This document shows, one piece after another, positions 28,040-40,101 of a stretch of 64,000 nt of DNA. Below the pieces are notes generated by a model. The model was not told the origin of the DNA. It did not search any database and saw only the letters and a program-made list of their open reading frames with translations. The stretch's first letter is position 1; every line of letters begins with the position of its first letter. The stretch is taken from the NCBI RefSeq assembly GCF_006345805.1, contig NC_043022.1, positions 9,920,001 through 9,984,000 on the forward strand, given 5' to 3'. Position numbers and translations under genes: made by a program. This stretch comes from Octopus sinensis. Its lineage: Eukaryota.

Positions 28040-29640
28040 TAAGACGGTCAGGAGCAAGTCACTGCGGGCGTTAAAAGACAGGTGGCCCAGTGGTGGTAAT
28101 ATAGTGGAGGGTCGAATGAGTAGGTTTTGCTGTTTGGAATAGCTGATCCACCAGCTCTGGGAAGGAAGCTAAGAGTGAATGAAATGCATCACCAGCAGTG
28201 GCAACAAAAAAAGGAAGGACTGAGAACAGCATTGGTAGTGGTCTTTGCAGGTGCAGACAAAGACGTAGAACCATTGATAAGTCTCTGTCGACTGACATCT
28301 ACCAATAGATTAAAATTATTCAAAAAGTCCACACTCAGAATAGGATGTGGGAGATCAGCTATGACAAAAATCCACCTGAAATCCTAGCGAAGATTAATGT
28401 CAATATTTAATGAAATTTGACCATAAGTCGCAATGGGAGACCAATTGACCGTGTGCATGGTGATCTCTGAACACTTTGGCTTGTCTGTAGTGAGACGCAA
28501 AGGCCAAATAGAGCAACTAGAACCCGTGTCAACCATAAACACCTCACCAGACACGTGGTCCTTCACAAAAAATGCACGATTTGAGTTTGATTGGCTAGAA
28601 GTGCTTGACGTGCTCAAGCCCTCCACAGGTCGTTTCCCGCCGACTGAAAAGAACAAGGCTGAATGCATTTGCAGGCTTTATGCTGATACCTGGTGTGGTA
28701 CCAACAAAGACTGGAACCAGATGAAGAGGAATCAGTCGAGCGTGAATGGGACCGGCTTTGACTGCGACGGCACAAATAGTTGGAGTGCCCTCCCCAAAGC
28801 GCATCCATTCGGCATACTTGTTTGATACCATCTGACACAAACAAGTTGATTTTAGACTCGTCAGAAAAAAGAATTTTATTCCAAAACTCCTTCTCCTTAC
28901 TCACATAGGTTTCAGCAAAAAGAAAGACAACTTGATTCTCCACAATATCATCATGTGATGAGGAAGATGCAGCGGAGAAAACCTCTGAGCAAGAGCAGAC
29001 ATGGCAAGGTGCTGGCTGGATAGCGAAGTCTAAAAATCTTATCAGCCATGGTAGCTAGTTGATCCACAGTGTTGGTATCAACTGCTGTGGCTAAGATGGT
29101 TTGCACATTGGGAGGTTGCCGGGAGAAGAAAAGCTTCTGTAAAAGCGAGTTTTACTCAGTTGTGTCGCTGAGCTCCCAGAGATGCCGTAAAAATTGTAAC
29201 GGCATCCTGTCTCCTAACTCCTCATCTTACATAAGCTGCTTAAACTGAAACTCTGCGGATTTAGTGTTCCATCAGAGCACCTCGGATTTGACTACCTCGT
29301 AGGTCGCATCTGGATGAGGATCAGTGATAAGATCCCTAACTGAAGTAGCGAGTGGTGCAGGAATGCTACAAAAGAGAAGGTTTAACTGTTGCTGCGAAGG
29401 TACAGCATGTGCTGCAAAATATACCTGCAAGTGAGCAAACCAAAGTGTGACATCGCCAGTGAAAAAGGGAAGATTAGGTAAACTCATTTTTCTGGGGGGT
29501 TTTTTTCTGTCAGAGGAGAACAGAAATGGACTAAAAACCCAACAAAAGGTGTTGTTGGAAACAGTAGTGTGTGTGCAAGAAAAAAATTTCTGAACAAGAG
29601 TTATAGAATTGTGTACTGTATGCGCAGACAAGAAAAAATT
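28040..29640 (-). mobile_element. Ty3/Gypsy LTR retrotransposon remnant (gag, aspartic protease, RT start)
   Basis: Gag PFFTGDVTLWFAHLQVYF..., CWYH...C..PC knuckle, protease FMVDTGSSCSIWP, post-protease FVIADLPHPIL; degraded. Confidence 0.85.
28800..28945 (-). mobile_element. Tc1 transposase fragment embedded in the Gypsy gag
   Basis: FWNKILFSDESKINLFVSDG, the first catalytic Asp region of Tc1. Confidence 0.75.
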
Positions 29641-30422
29641 TCGTTGTCAAACCTGCTTTTGCTTTTTTTTTTCTTGTTGATATTAGATATTTTAAAAGTC
29701 TACACATGTTTTGTATAGAGTTTAGTACATAGTTAGTATTGGATCAAATTAGATGTTTATTTAATTAATAAATTAATATATAATGTATTTAATTAATAAA
29801 TATAGATTAAATTATAATTTAGCTTAACTTAAGTATATGATTTCTTTTAAGTACTTTTATTTTAATTAATTGGACTCTTATATACTTCCAGTAAAGATAT
29901 ACTATAGTTTGTTTAAATAATTTTCACAGATAAAATACATATTTCTATCTATTTACTCTATTTTTTTTTACGTTAGGTTTTTAACATGATAAATGTATTA
30001 TAAACACCGGGTCCTACTTTTAAGTTTCAAATTTAGTTAACAGAATTTCTTCTATAAGAAGAATCATGTTTCTATTTCTTTAAGAAATATTGTTTAATTC
30101 TGTTTGATTATTTATTTAAAAATATGTATTTATTTAACTATTATTGTTATGATTGTTCACCTGAGGAGTGACTATACTTTTAAATTGAATTGTTTTTGGA
30201 TCGACTAAAGTTAAATTTAAATGTAATTTGAATTGAAGTTATAGCTACAAAACGTACGTAGTCTTTCTACTTATTATATACTGTTTATTTATTACTATGT
30301 ACTTTTTGTGATCAAGATAAATGTTTTATCATATATTTTATTTTTATATAATGATATGTTTTATGTTTATCATTGTTTGAATTACATGATAGTGATTTTT
30401 CTCTAATATATATATATATATA

Positions 30423-30564
30423 TAGTCATGACCAAAAGTTTGGAACATAGTTCTGAAAATTGTAATTTATATATTAAATACCCAATCTTATATTTGAATG
30501 AAATTGTTGTTGGGCATAAGAATTTTAATTTTTCTTAAATGTTCCAAACTCTTGGCCATGATTG
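30423..30564. mobile_element. Tc1-type MITE
   Basis: Imperfect TIRs agtcatgaccaaaagtttggaaca / tgttccaaactcttggccatgatt. Confidence 0.7.
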
Positions 30565-31195
30565 TGTGTATACGTGCAAGCAACACACACACAAACACAC
30601 ACACACATTTGCACACACACACACAAACTAAGAGAAAGGTTTTTTTTGTATAGATAAGCTTGTACATCATTGGATAATATAGTCACACACACCACACACA
30701 TATATATAGATCCATCTTCTCCCTACTTTCTACTATTCTGCTACATCCATTTGTCACAGTTTTTTACACGGTAAGGAAGGCCTTTTTTCTCATTGATATT
30801 TTTACAGTATTCTATGTGCAGGCATATATTTACTTTTTTATTTTTTACATTTATGCATATGAGTATGGAAATATATGAGTGTATGTGTGCACCTATCTAT
30901 CTAGCTATCTATTGATTTATATATCTATCTATCTATCCATCTAACTATATATTGATTTCTCTATCTATCTATCTATCTATCCATCTAACTAACTATCTAT
31001 CAATCTATCCATCTACCTATCTATTGATTTATCTATCTATCCATCCAACTATCTATTGATTTATCTATCTATCTATCCATCTAACTTATTGATTTATCTA
31101 TCTATCTATCTATCTAACTATCTATTGATCTATCTATCTATCCATCTAACCCTAACCCTAACCCTATCTATCTATCTATCTATCTATCCATCTAA

Positions 31196-31269
<74 letters not shown>

Positions 31270-31703
31270 CTCACCTTCTTGCAACCTGCTGCTACTAAGC
31301 CATTCCATTGGTGACAGTTGCCTGTACTACATGTCATCTCTACCGAGAAGGTAACCGCTTCCCACACTTGCTGATCAATTGTTTTTGTCCCATTTTGTCT
31401 CCTGTTTTTATTCGTTACTGTTTCCAATTTTATCTTTGTCTCTTGTTTTCCTATTCGTCTCTGTTGTCACATTCTTTCCTTCTACCAAGGAAATCTAATG
31501 CCCATAGCTTAGCTTTTCCTTGGGGCTGGCCGTTTTGGAGCAAATCTCAGAATTAAACAGCCAAAATTTGCCATGATGAATCGGTTTCTGACTAAAGAAT
31601 GAAGGCTCTGAATGACTGTCTGTTTTCCGTGTTCGTCAATTCGTGAATTTCACGTTCTTTATATATAAAGTTTTATTTATTATATATATATATATCTACA
31701 TTA

Positions 31704-32920
31704 TCTTATCTACATTATTGAATTTACAATTAGACTGAGCAGTCTAATTGTAAATTCAATAATGTAGATAAGATTTCTAGTCGTAAAAGTATTATTGATA
31801 ACAAACATAACTTACGCACCGATACAAAGCGAATGAAGGCAGATAACCTTTATTTAATCCCCTATTATCGATCTAAAAGTAAATATAACACCTTCAAAAG
31901 TAATTACGCTATGAATACTAGTAAAAATATTTGGTTAATAATTCCTTACGGGAGACAAATTAAATCTAATCTCCCACTGCTGTTTCGTCAAGCTATTGCT
32001 AGGAATTTTCCAAACAATTCTAGATATTATTCTATAATTAATTCACATAAGGTTAGGATAGGTTTTTCAAACACAAATAAATCTCTTGCAAATTATATCT
32101 TCTCATAATAACAAACTGTTAAATATTAATACATTTACTAATACTAACATTAATTTAGCTAATACCATCCAACCCTCTAGAAATATTAATAACAAGGTTA
32201 TTGTATCTGAAGTCAATTCCAATAGAATTAAATTTATGTCAAGTAACTCTAAGATTAAAAATTCTATATACCAGTGTATAATCACTACTCGTAATAAAGT
32301 ACGATTTTACATTGGAAGCAAATCGTTAGAGTTATCTAAAAGAATTTCTATCCATTACTCAACATTTAGGGATAGAAATAAACGGAATAGTACTGGTCTC
32401 AGCAAACTGATTTGAGATTTAAAAGACCACAATGAACAATTTCATTTAGAATGGTTGATCCTCTCAATTTCGATACCATATGACAAAGGCAAGAAATTCT
32501 GTCTTCTCTGCAATTCTGAGCTATTTTTCATTATTTTTTCTAAAAATACTCTAGTAAACACGGTTATAGAGCGAGCATACAGATGTAAGCATTGGCAAAA
32601 ACATACATTTAGTGCATATAAGTAGTCTCTATCATTATATATAATTAAACTTTAATTTCCTTTATATTTAACATTCACTATTAATATCCCTACTCTTTCT
32701 GTTAGCTACTTATGACGTTATATCATATAACGTTTTTTTAAACAATATTAATAGCGTTCTGTCTATCGCTATACGAATCCATCATTTTTTGCTAAAATGT
32801 CGTATTGAAGAGTTTCGTTTTTTTCCCTTTCCCGAAGAGAAGATTGCATTGTTTATACCATTTATTCTTTTGAATAGTATCAGTGGAATTTTTGAAACAT
32901 GTGTCGAAAGTAAAAATATT
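31704..32920 (+). mobile_element. Penelope-like element 3' fragment (post-RT linker + GIY-YIG), second family
   Basis: KNIWLIIPYG..., IISSHNNKLL, IYQCIITTRNKVRFYIGS and C-terminal FCLLCNSE...RCKH; degraded by stops and frameshifts. Confidence 0.8.
32827..32910 (+). ncRNA. Minimal hammerhead-like motif at the Penelope 3' end (core variant CCGAAGA)
   Basis: Stem I ctttc/gaaag, stem II gaagatt/aattttt, GAAA 32894-32897, stem III AC-atgt-GT, GTC triplet. Confidence 0.55.
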
Positions 32921-34458
32921 TGTTTACACCTGCGTTAACTCCATTTTATATATATATATATATATGGCGGTGCCCCAGCATAATGGCGGTGCCCCAGCAT
33001 AATGGCGGTGCCCCAGCATGGCCACATCTCATTAGCTGAAACTGGAAAAATCAAAAATCGAAAAATCATATATATATACTAGCTGAAGTTGACCCGCTCT
33101 ACGTGCGGGTAAGAGTGTGGGTGTTACTTTCTGTTGCTTCCTTTCAGCACGTAAAAAGCACCATCCGAACGTGGCCGATTGCAGCACCGCCTTGACTTGC
33201 TTCTGTGCCGGTGGCACAAAAAATGCACCAACCGATCGTTGCCACTGCGAGCCCCCCTGGCACCAGTGCCGGCGGCACGAAAAAAGCACTCACTACACTC
33301 ACAGAGTGGTTGGCGTTAGGAAGGTCATCCACCTGTAGAAACACTGCCAGATCAGACTGGAGCCTGGTGCAGCCTCCTGGCTTCCGAGACCCCGGTCACA
33401 CTGTCCAACCCGTGCTAGCACGGAAAATGGACGTTAAACGATGATGATGATGATGATGATGATTCTCCGTATTTGTTTCTCTCTCCTTTCTCTCTCACTT
33501 TCCCACTCTCTTACTTTTCTTTTCTCTCGGACTCTCCCTCGCTTTCTCTTACTCTCTATCTTTATCTATCTCTCTCCCATTTATAAACAACAGAAGATCT
33601 TGAGTAAGTTGAGAAATAAAATATTTAGAAAGATCAATCAGAAATATGAGGCAGTGACAATGGAAAGGTCTGCTTCAAGGCAGACAGCAAAACGCTAACA
33701 TTTAAAAGGGACAGACGAACTTGCGAGCTGAAGAAAAATAATAAAATATTGGAAACCAAAGTTTGAAGGGATAGAATCTGAGGATAGTAGAGTCACCATG
33801 GCTGGCATTTGTTAACGACGGACAGCAACGTAGTGACAGTTTAACGGCTGGCGTAAAATTTTGAACTTGATGTAAAAGAAAATTCGTAAACACCAAGTTT
33901 TGAAGTGATTTTTCTCACGACAGTAGACTCACCATGGCAAGCATTCAAAACTTCTTTATCATGGACGGCAACACATTGACAATTAAAAGGCTGGCGCAAA
34001 TTTTTTAGCTTGATGTAACAGAGAATTCCTAAACACCCGCTCCTTGAAATTTTAATCCCCTTCCAGCCCCATTTAGACCCCTTTTCACATTTTGGTTAAT
34101 ATAACCCGATTTCATTCGGGTCTACTGGGGCCACATTTTATAAGATGAGGAATTTTGTCCTAGAGGTGACGCCTTTCATTTGAGGAACAAAATAGTTGTC
34201 ATGCAAACTTGTCAGCACCTTTAACATAGGTGTGCATATTTTCAGCTGAATCGACCGACTACGTAATGCACACATTATATATATATATGTGTATATATAT
34301 ATATATATGTGTGTGTGTGTGCACGCATTATATATACAAATGTATACAAATGAGATATATATCTGTATAAATTAAATTAGAGATAAAACCACTAATAGGC
34401 AAATCAAACAGTGAAAAACCAAAAACAAAAAAAAAGAAAATATAACATGGAAAATATA

Positions 34459-35474
34459 TCTATATATATAAAACTGTAGTTGTGTGAGTGTCTGTCCCCT
34501 TCGATTTAGATTCCTAACTACTCCCACATTTTGCGGTGCAGTTTAACCAAATTCGGGTATCTTATAGTCGTGATTCATATCGAGCCCGTCTGGGTATTAG
34601 CGCGCGTCTACGATGAGTCTACGATTTTAAAAATAATTTAACATCATTTTTTATTCCATTTTAATGCATATTTTTTCGTGTGTCGATGGCGGCGGAGTTG
34701 GCGTCCACGCTCACACCTGCACCTGTGTTGCTTCTCCCCCTTCTTCCCTCCCTCGTGAAGCTGTGGGGATGGGAGTGTAAGGAAATCAACGTCGTAATGC
34801 GTTGTGAAGGAGACTAGCGTTCTTTTAGAACAACGACTTCATGGCTTGAAGTCGCCAAAACAGAAATCGCTAAAAAAGCTGAAACAGATCCACAAAAACG
34901 GCAAAAACCGCCACACATGGCAGGTTTCCTGTGCAAACAATTTGCACAACCGAATGTTTTAGTTGTTGCACAAATCTTTATATATAAAAGTAAGGTTGTG
35001 TGACTGTCTCCTACGATTTAGATTCCTAACTACTCCCACATTTTGCGGTGCAGTTTAACCAAAACCGGGTATCTTATAGTCGTGATTCATATCGAGCCCT
35101 TCTGGGTATTAGCGCGCGTCTACGATGAGTCCACGATTTAAAAAAAAATTAACCATCATTTTTTATTCCATTTTAATGCATTTTTCGCTATTATGTAAGG
35201 GAAGTAACTCTCTAAAAATGTCTACGATGAGTCAACGATTAAAAAAAAAATTACCATCATTTTTTATTCCATTTTAATGCATTTTTCGCTATTATATAAG
35301 GGAAGTAACTCTCTAAAAATGTCTACGATGATTCAACGATTTAAAAAAAAATTACTATCATTTTTTATTCCATTTTTAATGCATTTTTTGCAATTATTTT
35401 TGCTATAACTCACTAAAAATGCTTATATAGTTATTTCCCTTACAAACCCGAGCAACGCCGGGCGATACTGCTAG
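34459..35474 (+). mobile_element. Non-autonomous Helitron family B, nested in A4
   Basis: A|TC 5' end, 3' cccgagcaacgccggg hairpin + CTAG|T; second internal 5'-like start at 34975. Confidence 0.85.
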
Positions 35475-35629
35475 TAAAATATAAAATTGAAAAATTGAAA
35501 TTATTTAAATTGAAAATAAAAATTATTAAATTATATTTAAAATTTGTTTAAAAATATATATAACTATGAAAAAGTATGAAAAAGTTTAATATACATAAAT
35601 ACAGATATATACACTTTGTATATATACAT

Positions 35630-35960
35630 TATATATACATATTTATATATAGAACACACACACACACACATACATTATATATACATATTTATATATAGAA
35701 CACACACACACACACATACATTATATATACATATTTATATATAGAACACACACACACACACATACATTTATATACATATTTATATATAGAACACACACAC
35801 ATACATTATATATATACATATTTATATATAGAACACATACACACACACATACATTATATATACATATTTATATATAGAACACACACACACACACATACAT
35901 TATATATACATATTTATATATAGAACACACACACACACACCACACACACACACACATATA
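35630..35960 (+). repeat. ~40-bp microsatellite-derived tandem repeat in Helitron A4
   Basis: catatttatatatagaacac(ac)n..atacattatatata repeated about 8 times. Confidence 0.85.
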
Positions 35961-36367
35961 TAAATGAACGCAAGAATATCTGATTCATAATATTTGTTCT
36001 CATGCTCGTGTGTTGTTTGTTGGTGACAAACATATACTGAAAAGAACGCCGCCGAAGTGATAGGAAGGTAGGAAACAGAGTCAGTGAAAAAGAAAGGAAA
36101 TAGCGATAGTGACAGATACTTTAAATAACGGTAGTGGACTTCTGAAAGTTATGAAGAGGAGTAAAGGGGGAAAGGAGGAAATAGGGTGAGTGAGGAAGAT
36201 GGCCCCTAGCAACCACACCTTTTAAGATAGGGATTTTTAAGGTAGCCCACGAGCATCGTCACCTCATTCTACATGTCCCTGTAAATTTTGGAGCGAATCG
36301 GACGGGATGTAGTGGCATTGAAAGCGATCCAAGCGGTAAAAACGCATTTCAGTTTTATATATAGAGA

Positions 36368-38226
36368 CTAGCTGAAGGTGACCCGCTCAACGCGCGGGTA
36401 AGAGTGTGGTTGTTACTTTCTGTTGCTTCCTTTCAGCACGTAAAATGCACCATCCGAACGTGGCGGATTGCAGCGCCGCCTTGACTGGCTTCTGTGCTGG
36501 TGGCACGTAAAAAGCACCAACCGATCGTGGCCGCTGCCAGCCCCCCTGGCACCTGTGCAGGCGGCACGAAAAAAGCACCCACTACACTCACAGAGTGGTT
36601 GGCGTTAGGAAGGGCATCCACCTGTCGAAACACTGCCAGATCAGACTGGAGCCTGGTGCAGCCTCCTGGCTTCCCAGACCCCTGTCAAACTGTCCAACCC
36701 GTGCTAGCACGGAAAACGGACGTTAAACGATGATGATGATGATGATGATGATTCTCCCTCTTTGTTTCTTTCTCCTTTCTCTCTCACTTTCCCACTCTCT
36801 TACTCTTCCTTTCTCTCGGACTCTCCCTCGCTTTCTCTTACTCTCTATCTTTATCTATCTCTCTCCCATTTATAAACAACAAAATATCTTGAGTAAGTTG
36901 AGAAATAAAATATTTAGAAAGATCAATCATAAATATCAGGCAGTTACAAACGAAAGGTCTGCTTCAAGACAGACAGCAAAACACTAACATTTAAAAGGGA
37001 CAGACGAACTTGCGAGCTGAATAAAAATAATAAAATATTGGAAACCAAAGTTTGAAGGGATAGAATTTGAGGATAGTAGAGTCACCATGGCTGGCATTTC
37101 TTAACGACGGACAGCAACGTATTGACCGTTCAACGGCTGGCGTAAAATTTTGAACTTGATGTAAAAGAAAATCCCTAAAAACCAAGTTTTGACTTGATTC
37201 TTTCTCACGACAGTAGACTCACGATGGCAAGCATTCAAAACTTCTGCATTATGGACGGCAACACATTGACGATTAAAAGGCTGGAGCAAATTTTTTAGCT
37301 TGATGTAACAGAGAATTGCTAAACACCTGCTCCTTTAAATTTTAATCCCCTTCCAGCCCCATTTATACCCCTTTTCACCTTTTGGTTAATATAACCCGAT
37401 TTCATTTGGGTCTACTGGGGCCACATTTTATAAGATGAGGACTCAACCAAGTTTCCCAAGTTCTGGTCATAGACCATAGAACACTCAACCAAGTTTTCCC
37501 GATTTCTGGTCATAGACCATAGAACAGTCAAGCAAGTTTCCCGAGTTCTGGTCATAGACCATAGAACACTCAACCAAGTTTCCCGAGTTCTGGTCATAGA
37601 CCATAGAACACTAAACCAAGTTTCCCGAGTTCTGGTCATTTGCAGAATAAATAGAGACGGCGGAGGTGGCAGACGTCGTTGCAATGTAAACATGATTTGT
37701 TTTAAGAGAAAGATTGTCCAGATTGTGTGTTGGTGGTGGCGATGATAATTATCTTTATGAATGGAGATAAAGAGAAATTGAAGGGGAGTTAGAGGTAGAA
37801 AGAAAAGGTGTAAATTTTGGAGTGAATCCGACGGGATGTAGTGGGCTTTAACCCCGGCAAAAAAATAATATCTGTTGCGTTTCTGAAAGAGGTGAAGTAG
37901 GAATAGTGAAACTTTTGCGGCTGTCATTGATAGACTCGTTGTAGAATAAATAGAGATGGCGAAAAAAGAGAGAGCTCGAGAAAGAAAAGGTGATATATGA
38001 AAGGGAGGACGGGAAAATGAAATATTTTGCAATGTAAACATGATTTGTTTTAAGAGAAAGATTGTCATGATTGTGTGTTGGTGGTGGCGATGATAATTAT
38101 CATTAGGAAAAAGAGTGAGTGAGTGAGGAAGACATATACATTAGTTGTGGCGATGATAATTCTAGACCCCTTTTCACATTTTGATGAAGAGAACCCGATT
38201 TCATTCGGGTGTACTGGGGCCACATA

Positions 38227-38273
<47 letters not shown>

Positions 38274-38813
38274 ACGCTGTAGAAATTAAATTAGAGATAA
38301 AACCACTAATAGGGAAATGAAACAGTAAAAAACCAAAAACAAAAACATAAAAATAAAAATATATTAGATATATGTATATATATATATGTGTGTGTGTGTG
38401 TTGACAGGTAGACAATAGAATGCGATGGCGATGGGGATGGCGAGTAATATTTGTTACTGTCCATGAACGCTGATAGATACATGAGTAAAATGTATAGGAA
38501 GGTAAGAGATAGAGTGAGTGAAAATGTTCTTGGAAGAGAGTAAATAGCGACAAAGTGATTTGAGGAAGACTTTACATTAAATAACGGTAGTTGCATTGTC
38601 AAATGAAGAGGAGTGACAGAGTACTGGAGGAAATAGGGTGAGGTAGGAAGATGGCCCTAGCAACCACACCTTTTAAGATAGGGATTTCTAAGGTAGCCCA
38701 CGCGCATCGTCACCTCATTCTACATGTCCCTGTAAATTTTGGAGCGAATCGGACGGGATGTAGTGGCATTGAAAGCGAACCAAGCGGTAAAAACGCATTT
38801 CAGTTTTATATAT

Positions 38814-38818
<5 letters not shown>
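36368..38818 (-). mobile_element. Helitron family A, copy A3 (inverted near-duplicate of A1)
   Basis: Same termini and internal modules as A1; the same spurious ORFs recur with few substitutions. Confidence 0.85.
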
Positions 38819-38854
<36 letters not shown>

Positions 38855-39421
38855 TATACACATTATATACACGTGCGTGTATTTATGTATGTATCTTTTA
38901 AATTCATTTAGGCAACGTTAGGGGTAAGCAAATAAAGCCCCTATTTCATTATGCTAGTTACCGTTTAAACGTACGTATCGATGTATTGAATATTTATAAA
39001 TTCCATTTTGGTATTATTGCTATGATGTGCATGTGTGTGTTTGTGCTTGTGTATGTGTCTTGTGTATGTGCGTGTATATATTTATGTACTTACATGTATG
39101 GGTATAATATATATATATATACAAAGAGCAATAAGATTCAAGTTATTTAAAAAATTTACTTGAATATGGTACCTAACTTAGATGCACCAAAAAAAAACTA
39201 TACTGATTTAACAATACAGTTGTGGGGTGATTATAGCGAGAAGAAGCAACAAGAATGGATAGGTTTTTAGTACGATCGTTTCATACAAGGACGGTTTTCT
39301 GTGATAAGACTATACATCATCTTTAGGAACTTAAGGAACTTTAATGAACTTTAGAATCGTTTAATTATCTACATTACTTCATGAGTGCCTCAACACTAGG
39401 ATGTCTAGAAACTTACATGTA

Positions 39422-39511
39422 TTTTAGCTGATGAGTACGGGACTCGTTTATATGCTGTAATCTTTGCAACTTTTAATAAACCTGTCCTTGTATGAAACGA
39501 TCGTACTAAAA
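39422..39511 (+). ncRNA. Minimal type I hammerhead ribozyme motif
   Basis: Stem I ttttag/ctaaaa, core CTGATGA 39428-39434, stem II gtacgggac/gtccttgtat, GAAA 39494-39497, stem III AC-gatc-GT, cleavage triplet GTA at 39503-39505. Confidence 0.7.
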
Positions 39512-39589
39512 ACCTATCCATTCTTGTTGCTTCTTCTCGTATATATATATATATATATATCGGAAGGTTTGGAGATGATGTACAGGTAT

Positions 39590-39805
39590 TATATATTAGA
39601 AAAATTGAGGTAATCAGATCAGATGGTTCATATTTGTAGATATTTATTTATATATTACATTTTTTACATATATATCATATCATTCGGATTAGCGCTTGCT
39701 CCCATTCTAGTGGGTTTTCAAATCAAATCAGTTGTGGGTAGTTTGAACCTTTTTATAGTTTCGTAGTAGTGGTTGAGGAGGAAGTGAGGCAGAGAGAAAA
39801 TATGT

Positions 39806-39841
<36 letters not shown>

Positions 39842-40063
39842 GTGTGTGTGTGTGTGGGCATTTATATCTGAGAGTGAAGAAGTGTTATTTCCGTTGGTCT
39901 GCTGGACCCCCTGTGGTTTTATAAGAACTTTGGCTGTCCATTTCAATGTCACTGAGTGTGTGTTGTGCATAGGTTGGCCTGGAAAATGTCATTTGGGGTC
40001 ACACTTTCTATGATCATTCTGTGGAGGTGTGTGTGTGTGTGTGTCTCTGTGTGTCTGTGTGTG

Positions 40064-40101
<38 letters not shown>

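Larger units (their letters stand above)
33079..36367 (-). mobile_element. Helitron family A, copy A4, head-to-tail with A3, containing a nested Helitron B
   Basis: 5' TCTCTATAT begins at 36367; 3' hairpin + CTAG at 33079-33110; shares the RTE-tail module with A1/A3. Confidence 0.78.

Noticed and set aside
29700-30400. Possible mitochondrial 12S rRNA NUMT
   Set aside because: Only AT-richness and vague similarity; no intact conserved rRNA motifs found.
31146-31165. Three TTAGGG-type units
   Set aside because: Too short and embedded in a (TATC)n tract; not an interstitial telomere signal.
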